Positions 9,379-18,744 of a DNA stretch of 64,000 nucleotides are shown one piece after another. Numbering within the stretch: position 1 is the first letter of the stretch; the number at the start of each line of letters is the position of its first letter. A program made the position numbers and the translations under genes. Where the stretch lies: the NCBI GenBank assembly GCA_049472335.1, contig JBLIRO010000003.1:64001-128000 (forward strand), given 5' to 3'. The notes under the pieces were generated by a model. That model ran no database searches, was not told the origin of the DNA, and worked only from the letters and a program-made list of their open reading frames with translations. Source of the DNA: a bacterium. GTDB lineage: Bacteria; SZUA-182; DTGQ01; JAFGSM01.

Positions 9379-12300
9379 ATGAGTGCATTACAAACTAAAA
9401 CAAAACCGAAATCAAAAAAAACCGATTCTCACCATCATTTTAATGGTGCAAGTAACACCATGTGTACGCATAGCCCTTCTTCTGATTCATGTTCACAATT
9501 AAGTGCATTCTATTCCGCAGGACCGGTTTTTGGTCTTTCCTCTCCAATACAAACAAAGGTTGTCATTAGTCGGCCCGGCGATCCTTATGAGAAAGAGGCT
9601 GATTCTGTAGCCGATCGGGTGATAGCCGGGGAACAAATCCCGGGTATTTCACACATCCCTCCGGGTGGCTTGGGCAGTAATGTTGTCCAGAATCAAAAAA
9701 ATGAAGAAGAACAAGAAGAAACCCAGGTTCAGGCTTATTTCTTACAATTACAGGAGGAAGAAGAGGAAAAGGAGCCTGAAGAAATTTCCTCAGTGCAAAC
9801 CCAATTGTTACAATGTCAGCCGGAGGAGGAAGAAGAACAAGAAGAAGCCCATGTTCAAGCTTATTTATTACAATTGCAGGAGGAAGAAGAGGAAAAGGAA
9901 CCTGAAGAAACCTCCTCTGTGCAAACCCAATTCTTACAACGTCAGCCGGAGGAGGAAGAAGAACAAGAAGAAACCCAGGTTCAGGCTAATTTTTTACAAA
10001 TGCAGGCGACAGATGAGGAAAAAGAGCCGGAAGAGGAGACGATTTTACCCCAGCCCTCACAACAACAAGCAATGGAAGAGGAAGAAACTGAGAAAATTTT
10101 GACTCAGCCAATCCTCTTGCAAAGACAGGTGATGGGAGAGGAAGAACCTGAGAAGATATCGGTTCAGTCTAAGATTATGCAGAGACAGGTTGTTGATGAA
10201 GAAATCGAAGAACCTTCGGAGGAGTCAAGTGAGGAGGAACTTCTTCAGACCAGGTTTTCTGCTGATGGTACTAATTTAGTACAACGGCATATACAGACAA
10301 AGAGTTCAGAAGAGTGTCCAGAATGCCTGCTTCAAGCTAAATTAATTCAAAAGCAAGATATGGAACAAGATGTGGAAGAAGAGGAAGAGCAAAAAGAAGA
10401 GATAGTTCAAACAAGTCAAAGTTCCGGGGGTAATGCTACCAAATCTCCATCTATGGCAAGTTCTGTGTCTAATGCTACAGATAATATGGGGTCCGGTGAG
10501 TCACTAAAGCCTTCCACACAAAGGGTATTAGAATCGCGTATAGGGATGGATCTAAGCGATGTACGGATACACAATGACAGCGCTTCATGGGAAGCCACAC
10601 GCGCACTTAAAGCCCGTTCCTTTACGCATGGGAATGATATCTGGTTGGGGCCGGGTGAGTCGCAAGACGATCTCCGTCTGATGGCCCATGAGGTGACACA
10701 TGTTTTGCAGCAAGATGGCATTGTTCATTGCAAGCCTGTATCAGATGATGAGGATCAAGAAGAGAATCAACCCGAAGAAAGTGTTGAGACTCCCTCTGAA
10801 GAAAGGCCTGTAGCGATAGATAATGCCATGCCTGGACAAGATCGTGAGGCTTCTGAAGCTCGTGTCTCCCCTGCTGATACAGCAGAGGTTATGAACATGG
10901 CTACTCCCGAAGAAATAGCTCCCTCGGCAGAACCCATGGAAGAAGGGACCACTGAAGCTGCAGCACAGCCCACTCCGCCGCCAGCCGAGGCTAATGTACC
11001 TTTAACTGTTGCACTTGAAGAAGCCCCAAGCGAGTCTCAGGCTGCGGCGGAGACAGCGGTGGAAGAACCCGCTGCACAAGCCGAAAAAGCAGGGGCTGCA
11101 GTCGATGAAATCGTTGCGAATGAGGAGGCACAAGTCAATGAGGTGAAAAGTGCGGGGATGGCTCAAGCTGATAGTGCAGCCGAACAAGCGGAAGCAGATC
11201 CATTGCCTTCACTGATCGACTTTCTAGGACCTATCGAAGAAGTACCTTCATCGGAATCACAGGGAGAAATCACCGGACTTGCCAACAATGAGTCGCAGAC
11301 GTATACCGATATGGAATTTGCAACTGGCTTGGCCAGTACACCCACCGTCGAATCAGGATTCGAGACTGAGCCGACTATAACAGTCATGCGAATGCCTGAA
11401 ATTGTTTCTACTGAGGCAGATGCTCGTGAAGAAGGCGAGTACGACCCCGAGGAAGCACGAGCCGAAGTACAAAGTATAGTGGCGTCAATAACAGGATCAT
11501 CGGAAGAGACGCAACGGCGTGTTGAGATGCAGGCTGAGGACGTAAGAGCGAACTTGATATCGAATGCAGAGATCCTGCGCCAGTCAGTCCAGTCACAGGT
11601 AGCGGCAAGTGTGGCTTCCCTTCACGGAGCCTTTGATGCTGAACGTGCATCACTCGAGGTCTCATTGGAAACGACAAGCACCCAGGTTGCCACAACGCTG
11701 GAAGCATGCCGAGCGGAGGCAGTTACCAGTGGTGAAGCAGCCAAAGCCAGACTCACTAACTTATTTGCGCAGCACCGGACGAATGTTCAAACGACTGTTC
11801 AGGATAATGTCGCTGCGGCCGAAGAGATACGTACTGAATATGCAACGGAAGTTCATGAGCGTACTCAGACCCAGGCGACTGAAGCGCGCCGACGTGGACA
11901 GGCTAAGGCTTCATCCTATCCCGACACAGAACGGGGTCGTGTTCAAGCGAACGCTGCGAGAGGCGTTGCAAACGAAACTGCCCAAAAAATAGAGGAGAGG
12001 GAGCCGGAAGCTGTAGAGGCTATCGAGGAGGCTACGGTCGACCTTCCGGAACAGTTCCAGGAACAGGGCCAAGAAGTACTTAATGGCTTCGACGAGAGAT
12101 TGCCCGATTTACTGGACGGTGTTGATCAGCAAGTTCAGGCTGTTACCAGTGCTTTGGATGAACAGGCTACCCAAGCATACCAACAACTAAACACGATGGG
12201 AACACAGATGCTCGAGCAACTAAACGCGCTCGAAACAGCCGCTGTGGCACGCGCAGAGGCAGTTGGCCCCCAGGTCGAAGCACAGATAGACAGTCGATTG

Positions 12301-13803
12301 GAGATTGTACAAACTCAGATTGACGAAGCGACACCTCAGGCAATCGGACAAGTCAGCCAAATAGGAGATGAAGCGGCCCAAGTTCTTCTCAACATGGAGA
12401 CACCTGATGTGGAGGCCTCGCACGAGTTTGCCAATCAAATCCAAACCTTTATGACTGGCATAGCTGACACAGCGTCTGATGGGCTGCAACAAACCTGTGA
12501 TCAAACGGATGATGAGTTTTATCAGGCAGAGACAGCCACCATTGAAACACTGCAGGAGATCGAACAACAGACCGCTGATGAACTGTACACAATGCGCGAA
12601 ACAACCAATACGACACTCACAGATTTTATAGCATGTGTTGAGGAGAACTTTGGGGAGGCTATTTTTTCACTGGAAGAAAGCTTCACGGAAACAGAAACTG
12701 AGATTGAAGAGGATCTGAGTCAGGCTGTTGAGGAATTAGCGGCGGATTTTGGTCAGGCATTACAGGATGCCGAAGAAGAAATCATCAATGCCGTCGATGA
12801 GGGCCTATCGAAGAATGATGAGGCGTTGGACCAGCTTGGTCCACAGATGCAGGAAGCAGCAGATGATGCAGCCTGGGATTATGATCATCCGATACTTTCC
12901 ACATTGGCCAGCATTGGTGCAATCGTCGCCGGAGTTATTGTTGGCATTGTCGCACTTGTCCTCTTAGTTGTTGCTGTAATTTTTCTTGTAAAAGCCTTAT
13001 TAGTCGTAGTGGCCTTTTCTGCCATATTAACCGCTGTTGTCAAAATTGTACTGGTGGTCGGTGGTATCGCCTTAGTAGCCTATGGTGTTTATGAGGCTTA
13101 TCAGGAACGTATAAGGGCAGGTGAAGAGGGCGGCTGGGCCACCTTTGGGAAGGCATTATTGGACTTCGCTGGGGTTACAGATATCTATCGGGCAGTGACA
13201 ACGCCGGGGCTCAGTCTATGGGAACGGTTCTTATTGTCTGCCAAAGGAAGTTTCAAGCTGGCAGGTACCTTACTTCTGGTATATTGCGGCTGGCGATTCG
13301 TGCGGGCCGGCGGCTTACGTAATGCCTGGAGAGGACTTATGAGAAGTTTGCGTCCATTTCGGCGTGCGTATCAGAAAGGTGGTCTACGTGGCATCTGGAG
13401 ACATCTCCGAGGCAGACCTGTTATCCCAGTAAAAGGTCCTGCTGGGCGTCATTATGCCGGAAGAGTTACTCAAGGAACACTCACTAGAGGGCGAAACACA
13501 GTAATTGAGCCAAGTGTTGACGTGGCAGGCGATGTGGCAGCTATAAATGCTGGTAAGGCGACTCGGATAGGCAACAATTACATCATCAATGGTCGTACCT
13601 ATGGAGTTGAACCAAATGGAACTCTATATCCAATATCTGGGCCAGGTTTTCACCAACTGAATAGAGGTGCATTCAAAGCGCTTGGAATCTATAATAAGTT
13701 TGGAAATACTTCACGAGCAACCGATATATTAAATGCTATGAATATTAGTAGTGCTGACCGTGATGCTGCACTTAGTGTTTGGAGAATTTTACAGGGAGGG
13801 TAA
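9379..13803 (+). CDS. DUF4157 (eCIS core domain) protein with coiled-coil stalk, TM segments and putative C-terminal toxin domain
   Basis: IQTKVVISRPGDPYEKEADSVADRV motif. DUF4157 block DLSDVRIH...ARSFTHGNDIWL...LMAHEVTHVLQQ (about 10495-10715). E/Q/A-rich helices, hydrophobic region about 12895-13090, distinct ~125-aa tip. Confidence 0.88.
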   Translation: MSALQTKTKPKSKKTDSHHHFNGASNTMCTHSPSSDSCSQLSAFYSAGPVFGLSSPIQTKVVISRPGDPYEKEADSVADRVIAGEQIPGISHIPPGGLGSNVVQNQKNEEEQEETQVQAYFLQLQEEEEEKEPEEISSVQTQLLQCQPEEEEEQEEAHVQAYLLQLQEEEEEKEPEETSSVQTQFLQRQPEEEEEQEETQVQANFLQMQATDEEKEPEEETILPQPSQQQAMEEEETEKILTQPILLQRQVMGEEEPEKISVQSKIMQRQVVDEEIEEPSEESSEEELLQTRFSADGTNLVQRHIQTKSSEECPECLLQAKLIQKQDMEQDVEEEEEQKEEIVQTSQSSGGNATKSPSMASSVSNATDNMGSGESLKPSTQRVLESRIGMDLSDVRIHNDSASWEATRALKARSFTHGNDIWLGPGESQDDLRLMAHEVTHVLQQDGIVHCKPVSDDEDQEENQPEESVETPSEERPVAIDNAMPGQDREASEARVSPADTAEVMNMATPEEIAPSAEPMEEGTTEAAAQPTPPPAEANVPLTVALEEAPSESQAAAETAVEEPAAQAEKAGAAVDEIVANEEAQVNEVKSAGMAQADSAAEQAEADPLPSLIDFLGPIEEVPSSESQGEITGLANNESQTYTDMEFATGLASTPTVESGFETEPTITVMRMPEIVSTEADAREEGEYDPEEARAEVQSIVASITGSSEETQRRVEMQAEDVRANLISNAEILRQSVQSQVAASVASLHGAFDAERASLEVSLETTSTQVATTLEACRAEAVTSGEAAKARLTNLFAQHRTNVQTTVQDNVAAAEEIRTEYATEVHERTQTQATEARRRGQAKASSYPDTERGRVQANAARGVANETAQKIEEREPEAVEAIEEATVDLPEQFQEQGQEVLNGFDERLPDLLDGVDQQVQAVTSALDEQATQAYQQLNTMGTQMLEQLNALETAAVARAEAVGPQVEAQIDSRLEIVQTQIDEATPQAIGQVSQIGDEAAQVLLNMETPDVEASHEFANQIQTFMTGIADTASDGLQQTCDQTDDEFYQAETATIETLQEIEQQTADELYTMRETTNTTLTDFIACVEENFGEAIFSLEESFTETETEIEEDLSQAVEELAADFGQALQDAEEEIINAVDEGLSKNDEALDQLGPQMQEAADDAAWDYDHPILSTLASIGAIVAGVIVGIVALVLLVVAVIFLVKALLVVVAFSAILTAVVKIVLVVGGIALVAYGVYEAYQERIRAGEEGGWATFGKALLDFAGVTDIYRAVTTPGLSLWERFLLSAKGSFKLAGTLLLVYCGWRFVRAGGLRNAWRGLMRSLRPFRRAYQKGGLRGIWRHLRGRPVIPVKGPAGRHYAGRVTQGTLTRGRNTVIEPSVDVAGDVAAINAGKATRIGNNYIINGRTYGVEPNGTLYPISGPGFHQLNRGAFKALGIYNKFGNTSRATDILNAMNISSADRDAALSVWRILQGG
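9703..10040 (+). repeat. Intragenic 126-bp tandem repeat (~2.5 copies, 42-aa acidic unit)
   Basis: GAAGAAGAACAAGAAGAA unit starts at 9703, 9829 and 9955. Confidence 0.9.
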
Positions 13804-13809
13804 AAAAAG

Positions 13810-14223
13810 ATGATTTGGGAAGAAGTTCTTGTAGACCATAGTCTTACCTTTAATGAAATAGCAGATACTCTATCAAAATTATTTTCGGTTTCGCCAGCAA
13901 ATATCTTGGTCATTGATGATATTGCCAAGGTCAGCGTCAACAAACATGTACGGATATTGTGTGAACGTATGCAGATAAAAGGTGATTTTTCGATAAGGCT
14001 TTCTATCTATTTGCGTGACCCTGATTTAGAGCAGCTTGAGAGTAAGGTAATCATCGGGCAATTCTGCGACATATTACACTGTAAGTGCTTGATGTCAGAT
14101 GAATCTCTTAATCCTTTCTCGTGGCTTTTAGTGCAAGGATCATCGAACATTCAAGCTGTTTTCCTAAATCCGGATAAGTTTGAGAAAGAAGAGTATGTAA
14201 TTGAGAAGTCTGCAACAGACTAA
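13810..14223 (+). CDS. Small protein, probable immunity protein for the upstream toxin tip
   Basis: 137 aa, starts 6 bp after the stop of the DUF4157 gene, GGAGG RBS inside the upstream gene end. Function inferred from position only. Confidence 0.6.
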   Translation: MIWEEVLVDHSLTFNEIADTLSKLFSVSPANILVIDDIAKVSVNKHVRILCERMQIKGDFSIRLSIYLRDPDLEQLESKVIIGQFCDILHCKCLMSDESLNPFSWLLVQGSSNIQAVFLNPDKFEKEEYVIEKSATD

Positions 14224-14441
14224 TGAGTTTGGATGTATACCATAAGTAACACTAAGAAATTGAGGACAGAGGCCTTTTTCTGTTTAGCCTTCCGTGTACT
14301 TAGCTAGCGGACAAAAGCGACATAGCAATTATATCTGCCTTCAAGCTTTACCGTATGGAACAAATAGTTAATCCTTAATCAAACACATATAAAGGAAAAA
14401 AACACAAGACTAATATACAAAATAAGAGGAGATGATATACG

Positions 14442-15119
14442 ATGCATACCAGCACCTCAATGATTCGAACCGAGGAAATTAGCTCAACGCAGATTTGTGA
14501 GCCAGGGAATGGGAACCTTGCAGCGCTTGTGGAGGGATTACGTTGTGAGGTTGTCCAGGGCTTTCTCGATTCACATATCCGTTCGAACAAAAACGCTGGG
14601 AAATCTCTGGAGATCGCCTCCTTCTGTTATGCCCTTATTGAGCTGCTTAAGGAGAAAGGAATCATCAGCTTTGATGAATTGGATGATCGCCAGAAGGTCG
14701 TAAATAAACGCCTGGTAAAGAAATTCGAAGAGCAGGGTATGGGAGTTGTGGCCTTGCAGGAGTTCAAGCAGGATAAGTATAAATACAAGGAGGAGGTCAA
14801 GATCGATTGTGAGAATCGTATTCATATATGCAATGCTGCCTGTTGCAGGTTTGATCTGGCGCTTTCTAAACAGGATATAGAAGAAGGCATCGTAAAGTGG
14901 GAGTTAGGGAAACCATATCTGATAGCAAGGAATGCTGACGGGTATTGCCGGCATTATGACAGGACGACAAGCCGTTGTTCGGTCTGGCAGCATAGACCGA
15001 TTCCGTGTCGTGGATATGACTGCCGGAAAGACGGGCGTATCTGGATTGACTTTGAAAAGGCTATTATCAATCCAGACCTGGAAGATCTGTTCAGTCAGCG
15101 GGACGAGATGACCAAGTAG
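14442..15119 (+). CDS. YkgJ-family cysteine-cluster (Zn/Fe-S) protein
   Basis: CENRIHICNAACC, GYCRH, CSVWQHRPIPCRGYDC. GAGGAG RBS. Confidence 0.85.
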   Translation: MHTSTSMIRTEEISSTQICEPGNGNLAALVEGLRCEVVQGFLDSHIRSNKNAGKSLEIASFCYALIELLKEKGIISFDELDDRQKVVNKRLVKKFEEQGMGVVALQEFKQDKYKYKEEVKIDCENRIHICNAACCRFDLALSKQDIEEGIVKWELGKPYLIARNADGYCRHYDRTTSRCSVWQHRPIPCRGYDCRKDGRIWIDFEKAIINPDLEDLFSQRDEMTK

Positions 15120-15132
15120 AGGATGAATAATA

Positions 15133-18100
15133 ATGCAAGAAACCGGGAAAGAAAAAAGCGAAATGAACGATCTGCCATTTGTCTCCTGTATCATGCCCAC
15201 AGCCAATCGACGACGTTTTGTGCCACAGGCGATCACGTACTTTCTCAGGCAGGACTATTGTAACAGGGAGCTTATCATTGCCGATGACGGGACGGACCCT
15301 GTCCGGGACCTGGTTCCGGATGACGTACATATTCGTTATATAAGGCTTGATCACCCAATCAGTGTTGGTGCCAAACGAAATTTTGCATGCAGGGAAGCAA
15401 AGGGCGATATTATCATCCACTGGGATGATGATGACTGGATGGCAGATTGGCGCATAACATATCAGGTGAGAAGCCTCCTGGATGGACATGCTGATATTTG
15501 CGGGCTGGATAAGGTTGTCTTTTATAATCCGTATTCAGAGCAATCATGGCGGTATGTCTTTCCCAGGGGCGGCAAGCTCTGGGTCGTAGGAGGCACCTTC
15601 TGTTATACAAAGGCATTTTGGAGCAGGAATCCCTTTCCCGAGATGAAGGTAGGCGAGGATACGCGTTTTCTCTGGACCAGCCGTCCCAAAAAGGTTTTAG
15701 TCTTACAAAATGAAGGTTTTTATGTGGCTATCATACACCCTGAAAATACAAGCCCTAAGATGACCAGGAATAGCAGATGGCATTCTTTTGATGTCAAGGA
15801 TGTTCATGATCTTTTGGGGAAGGATCTGAATTTCTATAAAATACTTTCAAAACAGGATGAAAAGGACTCAAACGTTAAGGGTGTTAATATGGCGGCATCT
15901 CAAACGAAAGTATTATCGGGATCTAATAAGGATAATGCCGGCTGCAGCGGGCCTCCTCCGGATTATGCAATCATTATGGTTGTCCATAACGGGTGCGAGA
16001 TTGTAAAGATGTCAACCCAAAGGATACTGCGGCACAGTGCAGATTATAAGGCCCGCCTGGTTGTAGTGGATAATGCCTCTGATGACGGCACTGAAGAGTG
16101 GCTGAAGATGCTGGCACAGCGAGGTGATATTGATTTGATAAAAAGCAAAAGGAATATAGGCCATGGCCCAGGCATTGAGCTGGCCCGCCGTGAAATATGC
16201 TCTCCATATATTGTAACCATTGACAGCGACGCATTTCCCCTTTCCGATGACTGGCTCAGGCAGCTTCATGCCCGTTTGCAGGATAATGTAAAGGTAACAG
16301 GTATTCTGCATCACAGGGATTATATCCATCCCTCATGTTTGATGATTGCCCGTAAGACCCTTGATGAGCTAAATCTCACTTTTTTGGATGAAAAAGACCG
16401 GGCCAGCAGGTTAGATGTGGCAGAAAGAATAAGCTGTGAGATCAAGAAGAGAGGATTACGGATTGCCGGCCTTGAGTGTACAGGGGCAAAACGGCGGGGC
16501 AGCGCCTCCGAGCCTGTGTATCTGGGGTCTGAGTATGGCCAGATCGTTTATCATCAGTGGTATACAACACGGGCTGCCATGGCTCCAGGCCGCCCTGTGG
16601 ATGATGTGCCAAGAGAGGCCATTGAGCAATCCCTGGACGAGGTCTTTGAAGAATATCATGCTGAACCGAGGGATATAATTGTTGTAATAGGAGTACGTGT
16701 CAATTCCAATGAGCCGCTGCGTCTGAGAAATGTAAAGGCCTGCATGCATGCGCTCAACCTTCAGGATTTGCCACGCTGGCGCTATCGCATAGTTGTTGTT
16801 GAACAGGATCGTACACAGCATCTTAAATCAATTTTAGGGCCCCTTGCCGACCGGTATATCTTTGCCTATAATCCCGGACCTTACAACAGAGGCTGGGCAT
16901 TCAACATTGGGGCCTCCTTAGGTTCTCATAGGAATGGGATCCTTTGCCTGATTGACGCAGACCTGCTTGTTCAGCCCGACTTTTTGAGCTGCGGTCTTAA
17001 AGCCTTTCAGTCCGGCATGCGGGCTTTCCTTCCATACAGGGCAATCACTTATCTTGATAGAGTATCAACGGTACGGGCCATTAAGGACAGGCTGGAAACG
17101 CCTATGCGCCGGCTTGATCCCGGCCGCTATCATGGCCGCCTCTTTACGACTTCACAGGGAGGCTGTATCTGGGTTGATGCATCTTTATATCATGAAATCG
17201 GAGGCCATGATGAGCGCTTCAGGGGTTGGGGATTTGAGGATCGTGAGTTCTGGGCGAGATTATCGCGCGCTGCCAAAACAGGGCGTTTGGAGAGACGTCT
17301 CCTGCATCTTGATCATCCTCCGCCATCCATGCATGATCAATGGGTAAGGAAAAATGAAAGGCTTCATTATGATTTAACATCGTCTTTATTAAATAAATCT
17401 TTGGCTCCTATAGGCAATATAGAATTGTATACCACAGGAAGCCGGCCTGCCGGCAGGGAGAATGAACATTCAATTCCCGGCCTGCGTGAATGGGAAAACT
17501 GGCACAGATGGCCTGTAAAGCGTATCGAAGATATCGTATGGGATGAAAGACGCCTTTCCCCCAGGTCGAGCATGAGGAGCAAACTGGCCAGGATTATTGT
17601 TGAATTCGGAAATACCTTTCTGGATGTCGGCTGCGGTCCCGGTGCTTTATGGCCCCATTTGAAAATATTGCGGCCTCGTATTTCATGTGTGGGGATGGAT
17701 GTAACATATAAGATGCTTGAAGTGGCACACAGGCTTTTTCCCGATATCCCTCTATGTCATTCTGATGCAGGCGCCCTTCCCTTTTCTGACAATTGCTTTG
17801 ATGTTGTCCTGGCCCGTCACTTGCTTGAGCATCTTCCTGATTGGTTGATGGAAAAAGTATTGAATGAGGCGATTCGTGTGGCCTGCCGGGCTGTAGTATT
17901 GGGATTTTACAAAAGGCCTCGTACACAAGGTTGCCGCTGTACAACCAGGCTGAATGAAAATTTTCTGGAGACATGCTGGACCGCAACAGAGCTTGAAACA
18001 CTTATTTTAAAAGCCGGTTGGTATGTAAGTAAACGATTTACAATTACAGGCTCTCGTAATGAAAAGGATGAGATTTGGATACTAGACAGCAAACAAAAAA

Positions 18101-18723
18101 ACGTAGAATTGGACCGATCTGATAAAGGCACTCATAATAAGGGTAAACCCAAAATAAGCATTATTATGCCCACTTACAAACGTTCCCATACTATATTTCA
18201 TGCTGTCGAAAGTATAATAAATCAAACCTATGATAACTGGGAGCTGATTATAATAGACAATGCCGGAGATGGGCATTATTATTTCGATGAGCCGCGTATC
18301 CGTGTATATTGCCATACAGGCAGGATTAGTGCGAGCTATGCCCGTAATATGGGTTTGCAATATGCTACCGGTGATATTGTATGCTTTTTCGATGATGATG
18401 ACGAAATGCTTCCTGAATACCTGGAACGTATAGCAGCTAAATTCCAGGCAAATCCAAAGGCTCAGATGGTGCGCTGCGGAATGATTGTAAGGGAAGGCAA
18501 TGAGAATTACAGTTACGCAACACCTGAATGCTCTCTCAGAAAAAACCTGGCAACACCAACCTGGAGGGCCATAGATGGTATTGTGCAAGACCAGCGATAT
18601 TTTTCCCGTATTATTAAGGCAAATGGATTATCGGAAAAAAATGGCAGCATTGCTGTAATAAAAGAAGGACTTTGCAGGGCTAATACAGATCCGCATGGAG
18701 GATTAAGGGCCGGGAGGTATTGA
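15133..18723 (+). CDS. Multidomain glycosyltransferase (GT2, GT2, GT2/GT7-like, SAM methyltransferase, GT2)
   Basis: VSCIMPT..DDG..WDDDD; VVVDNASDDG..IDSD; YNRGWAFN..IDAD..FRGWGFED; FLDVGCGPG; ISIIMPTY..FDDDD. Confidence 0.88.
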   Translation: MQETGKEKSEMNDLPFVSCIMPTANRRRFVPQAITYFLRQDYCNRELIIADDGTDPVRDLVPDDVHIRYIRLDHPISVGAKRNFACREAKGDIIIHWDDDDWMADWRITYQVRSLLDGHADICGLDKVVFYNPYSEQSWRYVFPRGGKLWVVGGTFCYTKAFWSRNPFPEMKVGEDTRFLWTSRPKKVLVLQNEGFYVAIIHPENTSPKMTRNSRWHSFDVKDVHDLLGKDLNFYKILSKQDEKDSNVKGVNMAASQTKVLSGSNKDNAGCSGPPPDYAIIMVVHNGCEIVKMSTQRILRHSADYKARLVVVDNASDDGTEEWLKMLAQRGDIDLIKSKRNIGHGPGIELARREICSPYIVTIDSDAFPLSDDWLRQLHARLQDNVKVTGILHHRDYIHPSCLMIARKTLDELNLTFLDEKDRASRLDVAERISCEIKKRGLRIAGLECTGAKRRGSASEPVYLGSEYGQIVYHQWYTTRAAMAPGRPVDDVPREAIEQSLDEVFEEYHAEPRDIIVVIGVRVNSNEPLRLRNVKACMHALNLQDLPRWRYRIVVVEQDRTQHLKSILGPLADRYIFAYNPGPYNRGWAFNIGASLGSHRNGILCLIDADLLVQPDFLSCGLKAFQSGMRAFLPYRAITYLDRVSTVRAIKDRLETPMRRLDPGRYHGRLFTTSQGGCIWVDASLYHEIGGHDERFRGWGFEDREFWARLSRAAKTGRLERRLLHLDHPPPSMHDQWVRKNERLHYDLTSSLLNKSLAPIGNIELYTTGSRPAGRENEHSIPGLREWENWHRWPVKRIEDIVWDERRLSPRSSMRSKLARIIVEFGNTFLDVGCGPGALWPHLKILRPRISCVGMDVTYKMLEVAHRLFPDIPLCHSDAGALPFSDNCFDVVLARHLLEHLPDWLMEKVLNEAIRVACRAVVLGFYKRPRTQGCRCTTRLNENFLETCWTATELETLILKAGWYVSKRFTITGSRNEKDEIWILDSKQKNVELDRSDKGTHNKGKPKISIIMPTYKRSHTIFHAVESIINQTYDNWELIIIDNAGDGHYYFDEPRIRVYCHTGRISASYARNMGLQYATGDIVCFFDDDDEMLPEYLERIAAKFQANPKAQMVRCGMIVREGNENYSYATPECSLRKNLATPTWRAIDGIVQDQRYFSRIIKANGLSEKNGSIAVIKEGLCRANTDPHGGLRAGRY

Positions 18724-18744
18724 GATTAATTTCGTTGTAACATC

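Noticed and set aside
9665..10102. Lys/Arg-rich 145-aa alternative-frame ORF
   Set aside because: Shadow of the GAA-rich repeats in the DUF4157 gene.
6234..13803. Interpretation as a prophage or T6SS
   Set aside because: No capsid, terminase, integrase or TssJLM/ClpV motifs. The ATPase and DUF4157 signatures fit eCIS better.
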